NCBI GenBank assembly: GCA_964016885.1
Contig: OZ024753.1
Location: 30,504,001 to 30,568,000, forward strand
DNA from: Eledone cirrhosa
Taxonomy: Eukaryota
Direction of reading: 5' to 3'
Length of the DNA stretch: 64,000 nucleotides
Shown: one piece after another, positions 1-12,790 of the stretch
Layout: every line of letters starts with the position of its first letter
Position numbering within the stretch: position 1 is the stretch's first letter
Position numbers and translations under genes: made by a program
The notes under the pieces: model-generated
What the model was told of the DNA's origin: nothing
What the model saw: the letters and a program-made list of their open reading frames with translations, nothing else
Database searches by the model: none

Positions 1-239
1 CATTCACGTCTATGCCAAACCCTCTTCACGTACCACCAAAATTCAAGTAACTGGTATATTTTGTTGAAATCATATTTTGTCGTCGACTCCACTACAAATG
101 ATAACCACTAACAAAAGGCACCATGTTCACGGGGAGGTTTCATCTCAAAACTGCAGGCTAAAGACGTCTTAGTTTATTTTCCTGTTTTACCACTGCTCTA
201 TATCTCTTTCTCATTTCCTTTCTTTCACTCTTTAACCTT

Positions 240-365
240 CTCTGGAAGAAATAGGCCGTGTTCAGACCTGGAGAAAGGGGATCGGCTCCGTCATATTTTA
301 AAGTTCCCCAAGAAACGTATGTCTCTAGGGTGTCCTTACGACCCATCAGGAGTCACGGGTTCATA
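240..365 (+). mobile_element. Diverged 3' tail fragment of the long SINE subfamily
   Basis: tctggaagaaat...cagacctggaga...ccaagaaacg...caggagtcacgggttcataca aligns by eye to 32405-32535. Confidence 0.6.
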
Positions 366-595
366 CAAAATAATATATCTTACGTAATTTTTAATGTTTT
401 AAATATTTGAATTCTCTTTTATTTCAAACATGATAAACGACAACAAAGTTTTCTGAAATGAATAGGAAATAAAATAAAATAAATAATAACAAAACAACAA
501 AAACCAACGACATCAACATTTCGTTGCTAAAGTAAATACTTTCTTTTCTCTCTCCGTTAATATTCTTAATTCAACTTTTCTTTGTTTTGATGTAT

Positions 596-1012
596 TTAGT
601 CTGGGACTAGAACAATTTTACAACTTTCAGAAAGACTCGAGAGGCTGACATCTTTCTCTGTTGATTCTTTTAGTGAGTACATTTTGCTACGGTTCAATGA
701 AGTATTTCTACTTGTAAACGACACTGTACCTCGTTGCATCCAGATTCGATCTGCTCCGGTAAAACGACCTCGAAATAAAGTGAGGAATGAATGTTTGAAT
801 TTTTCACGGAAGTTTTTCGACATAAACGAATAAACTATTGGGTTAATACAGCTATTGAAGTAGGCCATCAAGTTAAATGCCATACGCATTGGTTTCAAGT
901 AACCATAATGTAATCGTGGTAGGTATTCAAATCCGATCATAACGTTATTAATAAGAATTGGTGCCCAGCAGATAATGAAGAGAAGTACTACAACGACGAG
1001 CATTTTCACAAC
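596..1012 (-). CDS. Peptide GPCR (class A), last coding exon: TM6, TM7 and C-tail
   Basis: Reads VVKMLVVVVLLFIICWAP (TM6 CWxP) and AYFNSCINPIVYSFMSKNFR (TM7 NPxxY, helix 8). Acceptor ctccacag|GTT at 1013/1012, phase 0; TAA at 598-596. Confidence 0.95.
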   Translation of the reverse strand, partial: VVKMLVVVVLLFIICWAPILINNVMIGFEYLPRLHYGYLKPMRMAFNLMAYFNSCINPIVYSFMSKNFREKFKHSFLTLFRGRFTGADRIWMQRGTVSFTSRNTSLNRSKMYSLKESTEKDVSLSSLSESCKIVLVPD

Positions 1013-1052
1013 CTGTGGAGAACAAAAGAACATTATTATTTAGTTAGAGTGA

Positions 1053-1274
1053 GGGCGGTGGATTGGCAGTATCAGTAGAGGGTCAGACTCCATGCTTTGT
1101 AGCATAGAGTTACGGCCCTTTATGTCCTGAGTTCAAATCCCGCCGAGGTTAACTTTGCCTTTCATCCTTACGGGGTCGATAAAATAAAGTACCAGTAATG
1201 CACTTGGGTCGATTTAATCGATTTTCCCCGCCTCCAAAATTGCTGGCCTTGTGCCTATATAAGAAACCATTATT
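1053..1274 (+). mobile_element. tRNA-derived SINE with Meta-like core, short subfamily
   Basis: A-box-like tggcagtatcagtag, B-box gagttcaaatcc, core ctttgcctttcatccttacggggtcgataaaataaagtaccag, (ATT)n tail. More than 15 similar copies occur in the window. Confidence 0.85.
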
Positions 1275-1355
1275 TGGTTAGATTAATGGGAAAATATACT
1301 GGAATAGCAGGATCAGTAAAGCAACGCCACACACGCGGGATATTTATGTAACACT

Positions 1356-1690
1356 TGTATGTAGGGTCCCGTAACTCCTGATAATCGTACGGGCGCCATA
1401 TTGACATACGGCGTTACTTGGACATTTTAAGCCTGATGGAGCCCATCCCTCTCCAGGCCTGAGTACAGCAGATTTCTTCCAGAGAAAGATGGAAAGTTAG
1501 AAAGAGCAAATGAGAAAGAGATATAGAGGAAGAATCGACCCCAGTACTAGACTGGTACTTTTTTTTTTATTGACCTCGAAAGGATGAAAGGTAAAGTCCT
1601 CGGTGGGATTTGAACTCAGAGAGCAGAGAGCCCGGACGAATACCATAAATTCTTCTATCCGACGCTCTAACGACTCTGCCAATTTGCCGT
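1356..1690 (-). mobile_element. SINE, long subfamily (Meta-like core plus distinct 3' tail)
   Basis: Homologous over about 330 bp to 4706-5012 and 32205-32535. Confidence 0.8.
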
Positions 1691-1784
1691 CACATGTAGC
1701 ACTTAAGATATCTAAAGGTTTCATGGAATGGCTGTGATTTAAATTCTCATAAAAAAATTTTTGCACCATCCTTTCATCAAATAG

Positions 1785-1912
1785 CTGTTTCTACTTTTGG
1801 CACAAGACCAGCAATTATCCCAGTGTATTACTGGTACTTTATTTCATCGACCCCGTAAGGATGAAAGGCAAAGTTAAGAGATTTGAACTCAAACCGTAAA
1901 GAAACGTAACTA
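1785..1912 (-). mobile_element. Short-subfamily SINE, partial
   Basis: Contains gaccccgtaaggatgaaaggcaaagttaa and tttgaactc. Confidence 0.75.
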
Positions 1913-2561
1913 AGAAAAATATTCATAGAAAAACTACACACGACTTCCATAAACCTCACTGAAGCACTTAATATCAGAAGTCCTAACTAAGACAGGAGAG
2001 ATTACTTCTGTTCAATATGCTAATTTCTGCACTTAGTAGTAGTCTGTAGCCACCAATTTACCCAGCAATTGACTTTGATCAGCCAATGAGGATGAACTTA
2101 TTCACTATCCAATAGCATTTAACGTTGTTTAGAAACCGTGAAAGCATCTAAGCGGCCAGATATGTGTTTTCTATCACCTGTGAAATTTTAATACAATTCT
2201 GAAACAAACTTAATACAAACAAATATATGTAAACTATAAGGAACTTGAGAACCCCTTTTTTTTCTGTGCGTGTGTTCGTGCGCGCACACACAGACAAACA
2301 CACACACATATTATGTGTGTGTTTTAAACACAATTGTTTTATTTAGCAACAAATCCACCATTTTTAAAAATCTCAGTCTCGCATGTATATGTGCAAAGTG
2401 TCTGTATCGGCGTCTTTTATACTATATGAATATGATTTTTGTTAATTTGAACGCTAGATACATGGGTCTATGTTAGAATTCATTATCACAATTGTTTTTT
2501 AATTCCCTGTCGGGCTCTCGTAGCCAACAAAGTCATCGTTAAAGCTGTTAACATTCCTTAC

Positions 2562-2685
2562 CTGCATCTTTGTTTTGTCATCTTCTACTGTTGTTTTCTT
2601 TCTCCTGCGATCTCCAGTAATGTAAATGCTACGGAAACCTGTACGTGAGCAGCTACTTTCTCTGATGCAACCGTTATTCACCATA
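2562..2685 (-). CDS. Peptide GPCR exon encoding intracellular loop 3
   Basis: Acceptor ttttag|T ATG GTG, donor CAG|gtaagg. 124 nt, phase 2 in and 0 out, matching both neighbours. Reads MVNNGCIRESS...RRRKKTTVEDDKTKMQ. Confidence 0.88.
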
Positions 2686-3879
2686 CTAAAATGACAGAAA
2701 TAAATATTCAAAGATTATATGCAAATACTACTACTAATAATATTCCACTCCTCAGAAAAATAAAATGCAGTATATAGCCAAATATAGGTTTAATTAGAAG
2801 CGAATTTCTGTGACACTAACTCGCATCTATCTAGCGCTTGTTTGAGCCATCCCAATATATGTATTATCAAGGCCAGCGGTGGACTAACGCGAGCTGGAAG
2901 CATTTTATTAATTTTACTATGACCGAATTTTGCACATTTGTGCTCTGTATTCTGTGACAACTTCGAAGTTCGACTTCGGATTGATTCCCTTTAACAACTG
3001 TTGTTGCTTAAAAGGGACCTCCGTATTTCGCCATCATCAGAGTGAATTCGAAATGCAGTCAGGCGGACAGCTACAATCATGGATCAGTATGATGAAGTCG
3101 GATCTTGAATTGACATATGATTTTCGCGTGTATGGCGTGTATCGTTGTAATCGTAATTAATGGTTATATCTAGTGAGTAGATCTTTATTCAGGTATAACT
3201 TCCAACAGACGATAATGTACCTCTAAAAAATGAATAAATCCTCTTTATAAAGACCATATAGGGACTGACACCTAAAATAATACTTATTATAGATGTCTTG
3301 TGACACGTATTATAAGATTAAAACAATTGTAGATAAATAAATTTACTAAATCATAGAATTTAGTTATACAAAAAGAAGGGAAACAATTTCGAGAAATACA
3401 GAATTAATTTATCAAATTAAATTTTCACGCTTCGAGGAAAAGTCTTATCTTTGTGAGCAGGCAAGATGGCAGTTAGAGATTAACTTTATTGAGAATGTTT
3501 GCCTACATCATTTATTACATTAAGAAGTATCTGTAATATCTAAATTCATGCAAGGATACTTATATTGACAAATACATTGTTGAAGACCCTAGGGTCATGA
3601 TCGGACTGTTCTTTAATATATCTCAACCTCTCGTTAGATTTATGAAGAAACTTCAGTGTATTAGATTCTTAGTTTTGTTTGAAGTCTGCTGTTCTATGTA
3701 AGGGTGTATATCTTAACAGAATGTTAGTCCCCTCTTCTTGAATCAGACCTCCTATATTTTGTCCCATATTATCGTAAACTGCCATGGAACAGCTGAACTA
3801 AACACTATAGAAAAAAACCCTTTCTATCTTTTCACCTCGGACTCAGTTATCTCTACACCTTTGGATATCCCCTCCCCTA

Positions 3880-3911
<32 letters not shown>

Positions 3912-3988
3912 GTAATATATACTTATATGTATGTAATATACACTGTTATATACTTGTATGTATGTGTATGTTATATACTTGTATGTAT

Positions 3989-4180
3989 ATGGTGGCTGCC
4001 AACTCGTTTTCGAGTACGGCCACTACTTTATATCCATGTAGGAGAACTCCTACCGATGCACTGAACGAGTGTGACTTTTTAGTCCAGCCAGCGACTTGAA
4101 AACTCTGGTACAAACACTACACTTGTGACAATTATTGACACATAGTGCTGGGCCCATGGTACCATGTGACGACAAGTGCA
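3989..4180 (-). mobile_element. RTE-derived bipartite element, family 1, 3' part only
   Basis: Near-identical to 53704-53895. The minus strand encodes a [17 protein letters not shown]-type zinc-finger remnant. Confidence 0.75.
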
Positions 4181-4705
4181 TATATATATATAGGTATATG
4201 TACGTACACACGCATACCCCCCTTATATATATATATATATATTTCTTTATTTGTGTATATAGGGATTTCTGAATGTTTATTTAGTTATTTCGATAGCTCC
4301 TAAATTAGGCGAACAAGTCACAAGTCTAATTTGTTAGACGACCTTAAAGAACAGCAAACATTTACATTTCATGACTTTGTGTTTCTATATGAATATATAT
4401 CTCTACTCGCGTATGTTCATACCAACGGATCGAAATATCGATCGCATTAATTGGTATTGCAAACATATTACAGAATAAATACCTGAAGAAAAAACAACAA
4501 CAAAACTAAGGTAAGTTACATGTGGTATCCTACCGATACTCTATTAAGAATATTTTTTTTAATACCATAGTTGGGTGGAAGTGCAACTCTCATAAACCAT
4601 TTTATGATTGAGGGGTGGGTAGTGGTGAAAAGTTATTCTCATGCGGGAAACGCTAACCTAAATGCTTGCAACAGATTGGATTCCACTAAAAGCTTACACG
4701 TCTAT

Positions 4706-5012
4706 ATGTATGTATGGTTCCGTAACTCTTGATAGAGTCGTAGGCACGTCGTATTGATATACAGCGTTTCTTGGGCATTTTAAACCTGGCGGAGCCCATA
4801 CCTCTCCAGACCTGAGTACAGCAGATTTCTTTCTGAGAAAGATAGAAAGTGAGAGAGAGATATAGAGGAAGAATCGACCCCAGTACTAGACTGGTACTTT
4901 TTTTATCGCCCTCGAAAGGATGAAAGGCAAAGTTGACCTCAGCGGGATTTGAACTCAGAGAGCCAGGTCGAATACCATAAAGCATTCTATCCGATGTTCT
5001 AACGATTCTGCC
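4706..5012 (-). mobile_element. SINE, long subfamily
   Basis: Homologous to 32205-32535; ends in ATACATACAT on the element strand. Confidence 0.8.
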
Positions 5013-5254
5013 CCCCCCCCCCCCCCCCCGAGCTATATAGTGGTGTTAACTGTAGTGGCATATTAAGTTTACCCTCTCCGATGGGTTTCCAAACAGTTTC
5101 ATTAATCATATACTCGGAAATACTTTGGCCGCCCCGCTGTTATGATACTTGTCCAAGATGGCGATCAAATGTGAAACCAAGGAGTTTAGTAAAATGTCAT
5201 AACCAGTCATGTATGTCCCTCATGCTACGTTCTTGTCAACTCTAAAAGTAGTAA

Positions 5255-5960
5255 TAATTGTTTCTACTTTTGGCACAAGGGCAGCAATTATCCAGTACAT
5301 TACTGGTACTTTATTTTATCGACCCCGTAAGGATGAAAAGCAAAGTTAACCTAGGTGGGATTTGAACTCAGACCCCCTACTGATACTACCAATCCTACTC
5401 GTAAAATATAAACGAAGCCTTTGATATCAATATTCCTTATATCATTTCTGGGTTTATCTTAAATACAGAATTAACTGATGGCTTGAAATCTTATTTCGTT
5501 CAATTACAATATGTGGTGGTGTTATTGTCCTTTCTAACTAAACATAGTTGTTTTCTACTGTAGACACAAGACCAGCAATTTGGGGGGGGGGTCGATTAAA
5601 TCAACCCCAGTACATTACTGGTGCTTTATTTTATCGACCCCATAGCGATGAAAGACAAAGTTAATCTCTGCGGGATTTGAACTCAAACCGTAAAGAGGCT
5701 TAACTCTATGCTGAAAAGCATGGTGTCCGACGTTCTACTGATACTGCCAATATACCGCCATGATAATAATTGTTTCTACTTTTGGCACAAGGCCAGCAAT
5801 TACCCCAGTGAATTACTGTTGCTTTATTTTATTGACTCTATAAGGATGAAAGACAAAGCTAACTTCTGCGAGATTTGAACTCAGATCGTAAAGAGGCGTA
5901 ACTCTATGCTGCAAAGCATATTGTCCGATGCTCTACCAAATCTGCTAATCCACCGCCCTA
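5255..5960 (-). mobile_element. Cluster of three short-subfamily SINEs (about 5255-5400, 5546-5760, 5765-5960)
   Basis: The core gatgaaa(g)caaag...gatttgaactca occurs three times, the last two copies head to tail. Confidence 0.8.
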
Positions 5961-6058
5961 AACATAATTGGTCTTCATTGAGCAGTCCTATGATTAGAAT
6001 AATGTTAGTCATGGTTATCTCCTCTTTGTTTTTTATATTGTCCAATGTAATCTTAGGT

Positions 6059-6114
6059 ATTACATGTCATACTTAATGATCTTAGTTATTAGATCATTAA
6101 GTATGACATGTAAT
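6059..6114. repeat. Perfect inverted repeat, 24-bp arms and 8-nt loop
   Basis: attacatgtcatacttaatgatct / agatcattaagtatgacatgtaat. Confidence 0.9.
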
Positions 6115-7168
6115 TATTGACATATTGAGTAACCACTAAAGGACACTAAAGGAATGTTGGTTTGCATTCTCTTTAAATGAAGTAGTGGTGTATTCAAAGC
6201 TATAGTAAACAGTAACACAGAGGAACTACTAGCCAGTAATATTCCTTTTATAACGCCTTATATAAAGCCATAAGAACTGAAGTTATTAAACATATAAAGT
6301 CTCTAATTCCTTCAGTTCACAATTACTCTATATTTAACGATAGTGTTATCAGCTTCATTAGTATTAGGTATAACACCTATGGCTTTTGGCAATTAGCCAT
6401 TGGTGATCTACAGAAACAATACATTTAATTATATATTCATGCCATCATTAAGCTTCGGTGTTTTTCTGATTTCTCGAGATCTGCTTTGTTAATGAGAAGC
6501 TTTTCAGCAACCTATTAGACTTTGTTAATTATAAGAACTGGAACCTTTTCAAAATACTAATAAATGAAGAACAAAATAAAAAGGTTTTCAATTATATAAC
6601 TTTAAAATAATTAAGATTCATCAGTGTTTTTCTGTTTCTTTGCGATTTTGTGTGTTAAAATGAATCTTCTACTTCATCTTCCCCCACTTATTCCAGAGAG
6701 TATCGTGGGGTCAAAGTTCTCAAACATTCCTTCCAGCGGCAACCGTCTGCAACTGGTCCGGCTGGATCCCCGAACGAGACCAGCCAAGGTCATGGATGTT
6801 ATCTAACCATTTTGCTCGGGGCTACCGAATATATTTACATATTAGAATGAATCTGATATGTAAATTCTTAGGCTTGTTTGTCTCATTGGCAAAATTGGTG
6901 TCGTTATGAGTTATTGGTTAACATCATAACCATCTCTAAGACAGAGGACCTATTGATCAAACGAATTTCATCCATTACAATTCTATGTGTTTTTTGATGT
7001 GTAGGACTATATTTTCTGATGCCTTCTATCTTTACTTAAGACTTTAGAGTATGTTATGAGGGATATTTTCCTGCTACTTCTAGCAAGTCGAGTCTACCGA
7101 ATCATTTCACAAGACATTTAAAGAAATATAGTTTTAGGTTGTTCAGAAATGAATTCAGGTTATATATA

Positions 7169-8137
7169 TCATTATCTATAAAAGGCAGATTGTTGTTGTG
7201 TGTGTGCATGTTCCATGTTTATACATTTGCACAATGTCAAACCGATTCGACTCAGTCTGTATGAATGTTGTAAATGGTCTAACTTAGGCCAACGACTATT
7301 TATTTTTTTCCAGCTCACCCACAATTATGGAAATAATCGATAAAACTAAATACATGACGCTTTACCCCTCTAATACAATCTGAATCCTCTCTCTACTCCC
7401 CTTAAAATTCGATAAAACTACATACATGCTGCAACTTTCTCTTATATACGCTTAAACCCCCTCCTTAAAACTTCCTTCAGGAACGCCGAAGAAAGAAGAG
7501 AAAGAAATGAAGGAGAGAGACAGAGAAGAGAGTGAGAGAGAGAGAGAGAGAGAATGTTTGTTTTTGAGTGTGGAACGGTCAAACATTTATTTACTTCAAT
7601 GACAACATTTCATACCAAACAACAATTATTCAAAAGCAACAGATAAATTTATTAAACAACAAAAAAAAAATAGCGATAAATCTTTTTAAAAACATCTCTC
7701 AACGAACGTGGAAGAAAGAAGTATCAGTTTATTTACTATACACAATAATATCCTCTATGAGGTCACTAAACCTGCTAGAAACAGCAGCTAACTCTCCCCC
7801 ATACCACACCCCTCCCTACTGTCTTAAATTTAAAAAACACACATTAGACAACCATGCAGAACAACTCCATCGCAGCTCTGTTGTTCGGCTGGCATCGTCT
7901 ACGCGCGTGTTGCGCAAGTACTGTGAAACAATAAATTTCAACACCTCTTTGCTCAGAGATAATATCCATAGGCGAAACTACAATTGTCACTGCTGGCGCA
8001 GCTCCTGCTTTGGCAGTCCAGGTCTGCAATTCATTCACCCAGTGCCTGGCAGACAAAAAAGTGCTGCTATAAAATGGGTGGTGCAACCTAACTTTGGTAA
8101 CTTACTGACCCCGAGCAACACCGGGCTTTAATGCTAG
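7169..8137 (+). mobile_element. Non-autonomous Helitron
   Basis: 5' a|TC start followed by tatctataaaagg...gtgtgtgtg...aaaccgatt. 3' GC-rich hairpin cccg-agcaacac-cggg (8110-8125), 8-nt spacer, then CTAG|t at 8134-8137. Confidence 0.7.
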
Positions 8138-8145
8138 TATATATG

Positions 8146-8182
<37 letters not shown>

Positions 8183-8211
8183 TTATTTGTTTCAACATAT
8201 TTTAAAAGAAT

Positions 8212-8330
8212 AACTTACTAAAGGCATGTAAGGATCTTGAAATAGAAATTGAAAAAATATGGGGTATGAAAGTCATTATTATCCCGGTTATATTTTAAGC
8301 ACTGGGCCTGATAAACAAGGGAACTGGCAT
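8212..8330 (+). pseudogene. Remnant of the RLE C-terminus of a third R4/Dong-like element
   Basis: Translates LLKACKDLEIEIEKIWGMKVIIIPVIF*ALGLINKGTG, matching the post-KxxxY ...IPVIIGALG segment seen in elements A and B. Confidence 0.65.
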
Positions 8331-8370
8331 ATTCTTGTATTATATACCATATATAAAGAGATGTACTTAC

Positions 8371-8573
8371 CTACCACTTCTCATATCGGCTCTACGATAT
8401 GAGACGTTCCACATCTCATGACAGATGCCTAAGTAAGCGACCGTCATTACAAATGATGGGATTACCAGCATCACTGTCAGCATATAGAGTTCATATATTT
8501 TCTCAAAGAAAGGCTTTTGCCATTCTTTTAAACAGTAATATCCTTTGCGTGTCATGCCAACTTCAATGTGTCT
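8371..8573 (-). CDS. Peptide GPCR exon encoding ECL2 and TM5
   Basis: Acceptor ttcttag|AGA, donor AG|gtaagt. 203 nt, phase 0 in and 2 out. Reads RHIEVGMTRKGYYCLKEW...YELYMLTVMLVIPSFVMTVAYLGI, with the ECL2 Cys and TM5 P...Y. Confidence 0.93.
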
Positions 8574-8714
8574 CTAAGAAAACAAACAAACAAAAAATGT
8601 AGAAGATTTCTGTTAAAAACGTTATTTGAAGAAAAGTAATGTAGAGCGGTTATGAAAACATGGGAAGTAAAACCCACAGGTCTACTTAAAGTGGATATCA
8701 TAAGGATTGGTTTA

Positions 8715-9061
8715 AATATCTTCTTGTGACGCTAAACTCCGCTAGTTGCAGACTCTGCATCAACATGAGATATTTTTCTCCATAAAGTTCGATCACCAGT
8801 AGCAGAGTTTAAAGAGCAAAGATCAAGTCCAGTCCATAAGTTGACATTATCAAGCCATCGTTTTGGCCTCCGACCTCTTCTCTTCTTACCAGCCAACCTT
8901 CCTTCCAGGCATAACCTACTCACGCCACCAGTTGACCGTATAGTTTGACCGTATAGTTTGAGTACTCTTGACTTGACAATTGATGTTATTGGTCTAAGTT
9001 TTTTGGTAATGTTGAGCAGCTCACTGATACAGATACGGTCGCCGAGCCGCTTGCCTGTCAT
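8715..9061 (-). mobile_element. 3' end of an RTE-clade LINE, 5'-truncated
   Basis: ORF reads ...RVLKLYGQTIR...LEGRLAGKKRRGRRPKRWLDNV...ATGDRTLWR, a typical RTE ORF C-terminus. Confidence 0.8.
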
Positions 9062-10368
9062 GTCTCGTGATGTGGTTCTGGAATGTAGAGTTTAAATATA
9101 ATCGACTCTATCTTAGAATACGGTGGCGCAGTATGGCTACAGTCCAGTGACCGAAACCAATAAAAGGATAAGTGTTTTATTTTCACTATACTTTATATCT
9201 GAGGCGTTTTTACCAGCGAAACGAAATAGAAAATTTGAAGTGAAGTTTATTATATTTTCACACAGACGGCAAGCCTTTCAAGCGAATAACTTTTTCAATA
9301 TTAATATTCCGGAGAATTATTCACAAGGAAATGATTGCTCAGTGAGATAGTGTCGGGAGTTGGGGAACGAAAAACACCAGAAGAAATCTGCGCATCTAAA
9401 CATTAACACATCTTTTATTTGAATTAATCAAATGAAGAAGAGCAGCTCCAGTGAAAGTGGTGGAATGAAGGGATTTAGTTCACATCAGCTCCAATCTGAA
9501 ACCTTGCAATAATTGACTCTGCTAAAGGCATTAACGGAATATGTAGTTGTGTTAAACAGGGCGACAGATTAAATCTGCTACCTAGGAACCGGGACCTCTT
9601 CCGAAGAACGCCGTACAGTTTTTATCAAGCAAATTTCATTCCTAGGACTTGGTTCGTGTCCAGACTGTAGTAATAGTAGTAGTAGACCCTTTCCCAAGAT
9701 TCTGCGCAGTGAGTTTGAATCTAAAACCAGATAGTTACGAAACAAACTTCTTAATAACACATTTGTACACAGCGTATTCAACTCGTTGTTTAACCACCCA
9801 CAGGTCAGCTTTGCTAAAAGAGACCTTTGTTTAAAAGATATTCTAGCAATGACCATCCAGATTTTTTTCATACAGTGTAACTAAGATCAGAATATTCAAT
9901 GCGACCTTTTATTTAAGACAGTGGGATGTGATTTGATGGAGATTTGGTTGCTATTTATAACAGACCGAATGACCGCATAGAGGCTCCAGCTTTGGTTCCT
10001 ATAGAGAACACATCGGTACTCCACCTCCCTCAAACATACATTCTCTCTCTCTCTCAACGAAGAAGCCTCTGGGGAACCAATGAGGAAGCCTCTACATTGT
10101 CACACGACCTTCTATATTTATTTCCAATCCTACCCTGTCTGAACCCCATACATTTAATTTTTAACGACTATGTCCACCTTGCAGTAAATTGGTTCAGTGC
10201 AACATATAATATATTATGAGCTGCTGTGGTAAACTGGAATTGTTGAGAGATTTGTTGACTTGTAATGTTAACGTCAGCTGCACTCCCGCTATAGATCGGA
10301 TTTATGACTAATCATTTAAGTTTACAGAAAACTGTTTACAAAAAACAAGCTTTGCTACTACAGATTCT

Positions 10369-10664
10369 CCTTGTTATGAATAGGACTGACATTATTTTTC
10401 TATGTTCGTAGAATAATATAAGTGCAGTACTTGTCATAATGGTTAAGCTGTTGATCTGACTATGTTAAGGTAGATAGTACGATTCTCAGACCAGACAGTG
10501 CTTCATTTCGCGTTGTTCTAGTCCACTCAGATGAAAAAAATAAATATGTCACCATCAGCAGCGACATGGAAGCTTAACCTTGCTAAGGACTGAGTCTTTA
10601 TACCAGGAGTAGATAAATATTTCGCCTTGTTATGAATAGGACTGGCATTATTTTTCTATGTTCG
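10369..10664 (+). repeat. 40-bp direct repeat (10369-10408, 10625-10664) flanking a decayed SINE-like segment
   Basis: ccttgttatgaataggactg(a/g)cattatttttctatgttcg occurs twice with 1 mismatch. The intervening DNA has taatggttaag and ctagtccactcag. Confidence 0.75.
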
Positions 10665-11872
10665 GACCCCATTCAACAAAGTCCTGACTTTACTAAATAA
10701 TACAGATTTTTTCCACAAAAATATAATTATTTTTCACTCAACTGTATTACTTGGAACTCAAAGGAAGTTAACTGATTAAATTGAGTTAAATATTATGTTG
10801 CTTCATAAATGTTATTGAATAGTTATTGAAGCTCTTAATGAGATTTATAATTCATGTATAAGTTTGGTGTAATCAAGACTAGCATAATTGCAGCTGTATG
10901 CAAATTTGAGGCACATTATTATATTTAAGAATTCTTTTGTTCTTAACCTGAGTTTTATAAATGATTAAATCTAGTTTTATCTGGCTAATTTTCAAGATCG
11001 TAACAAAAATCATTTAAAAAATATTGTTTAACACCAGAAGACTTATTTATGACCATAATTTTAAGAGTTTAAATTTAGAGCCAAAGAAATTCGTAAATGA
11101 ACATTGAAATTAAATGGTTTAAAAAATGTCCTTATTGAATAACCTGTTCAAGTCTTAACAGTGTTTTAGTCAAATTAATTATATTACGGTGTATCTAAAC
11201 TTTCGAGGTGATATATAAAGCTGCAAATTAGGATGTTGGCAGTTTTAATAAAATATTGTAAAATATGCTGTAGAAAAATTAAAGATTAGGACAAAATATC
11301 TTTAAGTGGATTTAATATTTTGTTCTGAAACAGGTGTATGGTAAACATTTGAACTATTGTTACGAAATTTCGACTCAGATCAATACAATGTGCATATTTC
11401 AGCAGTAGTAATGCAAGAAACGTTAAGTTTAATAGCAAATTTGTTTTGTTGATTTCATTAATAAATAATTTATGTTTGAAAGCTTCCCGTTAAATTAATG
11501 ATTGTGTTCGATGTAATGTTTCAGAAAAATTTGGTATCTGGAGGATTTATGTTGTTGTTGCTTCTTGTTTTGGGGATGGGCGGGGGACATCGGTTCAAAT
11601 TTTGAGCTAGTATTTTAGTCGAATGGATTATGCTACGGTGTATACATATTTTCATGGAGGTATACAGTATTATATAATCAAATTATAAAATCAAATATAA
11701 TATAGTACAAAACATACTATAACAAGTTATAATTAGGATTTTAAATGTTTTTAGGGTGCTTTAATATGTTAAAAAACGGGTATATAACATACACTTAGTT
11801 TTTTAATATATATCGACTAAAACTTCATGACTAAATCTAATAAAAGAATTCTGAAAGTTTCAAATTACTTAC

Positions 11873-11996
11873 TTGTCCGAACAAAACTGGAAGGGACCCA
11901 ACGAATGCTAAAAGCCAGACGCCTAAAATTACCAATCTCGCGTGCACCAGCGTACATATGTACCTTGCCTTCAAGGGGTGTCGAATAGCAATGTAC
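11873..11996 (-). CDS. Peptide GPCR exon encoding ICL2 and TM4 (not in the ORF track)
   Basis: Acceptor ccactag|G TAC, donor CAA|gtaagt, 124 nt. Reads (R)YIAIRHPLKARYICTLVHARLVILGVWLLAFVGSLPVLFGQ, completing the ERY motif. Confidence 0.93.
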
Positions 11997-12094
11997 CTAG
12001 TGGATAAGAAATAAAAACATGACTGTAGCTTTTAACACAAGGAAAGAAATAGATTATAAATGGAGCAAAATCCACTAAACAATGTAAATGAAAT

Positions 12095-12790
12095 ATGTAA
12101 AATGTATAGATATATAGTCGTAGAGACGGATGGGAGATGTGGTTAAGAAATTATTTAAAATGTATAGATATATAGTCGTAGAGACGGATGGGAGATGTGG
12201 TTAAGAAATTATTTAAAATGTATAGATATATAGTCGTAGAGACGGATGGGAGATGTGGTTAAGAAATTATGTAAAATGTATAGATATATAGTCGTAGAGA
12301 CGGATGGGAGATGTGGTTAAGAAATTATGTAAAATGTATAGATATATAGTCGTAGAGACGGATGGGAGATGTGGTTAAGAAATTATGTAAAATGTATAGA
12401 TATATAGTCGTAGAGACGGATGGGAGATGTGGTTAAGAAATTATGTAAAATGTATTGATATATAGTCGTAGAGACGGATGGGAGATGTGGTTAAGAAATT
12501 ATGTAAAATGTATAGATATATAGTCGTAGAGACGGATGGGAGATGTGGTTAAGAAATTATGTAAAATGTATAGATATATGGTCGTAGAGACGGATGGGAG
12601 ATGTGGTTAAGAAATTATGTAAAATGTATAGATATATAGTCGTAGGAACAGATGAAAGTTGTGGTTAAGAAATTATGTAAAATGTATAGATATATAGTCG
12701 TAGAGACGGATGGGAGATGTGGTTAAGAAATTATGTAAAATGTATAGATATATAGTCGTAGGAACAGATGAAAGTTGTGGTTAAGAAATT
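12095..12790 (+). repeat. Minisatellite, 12 x 58 bp
   Basis: Unit atgtaaaatgtatagatatatagtcgtagagacggatgggagatgtggttaagaaatt. Units 10 and 12 carry a ggaacagatgaaagtt variant. Confidence 0.95.

Noticed and set aside
7568-8131. 187-aa ORF as a host gene
   Set aside because: No recognisable domain, non-ATG start, and it lies inside a non-autonomous Helitron.
12095-12790. CRISPR-like regular array
   Set aside because: The units are contiguous near-identical 58-mers with no unique spacers and no cas genes, in a eukaryotic intron.
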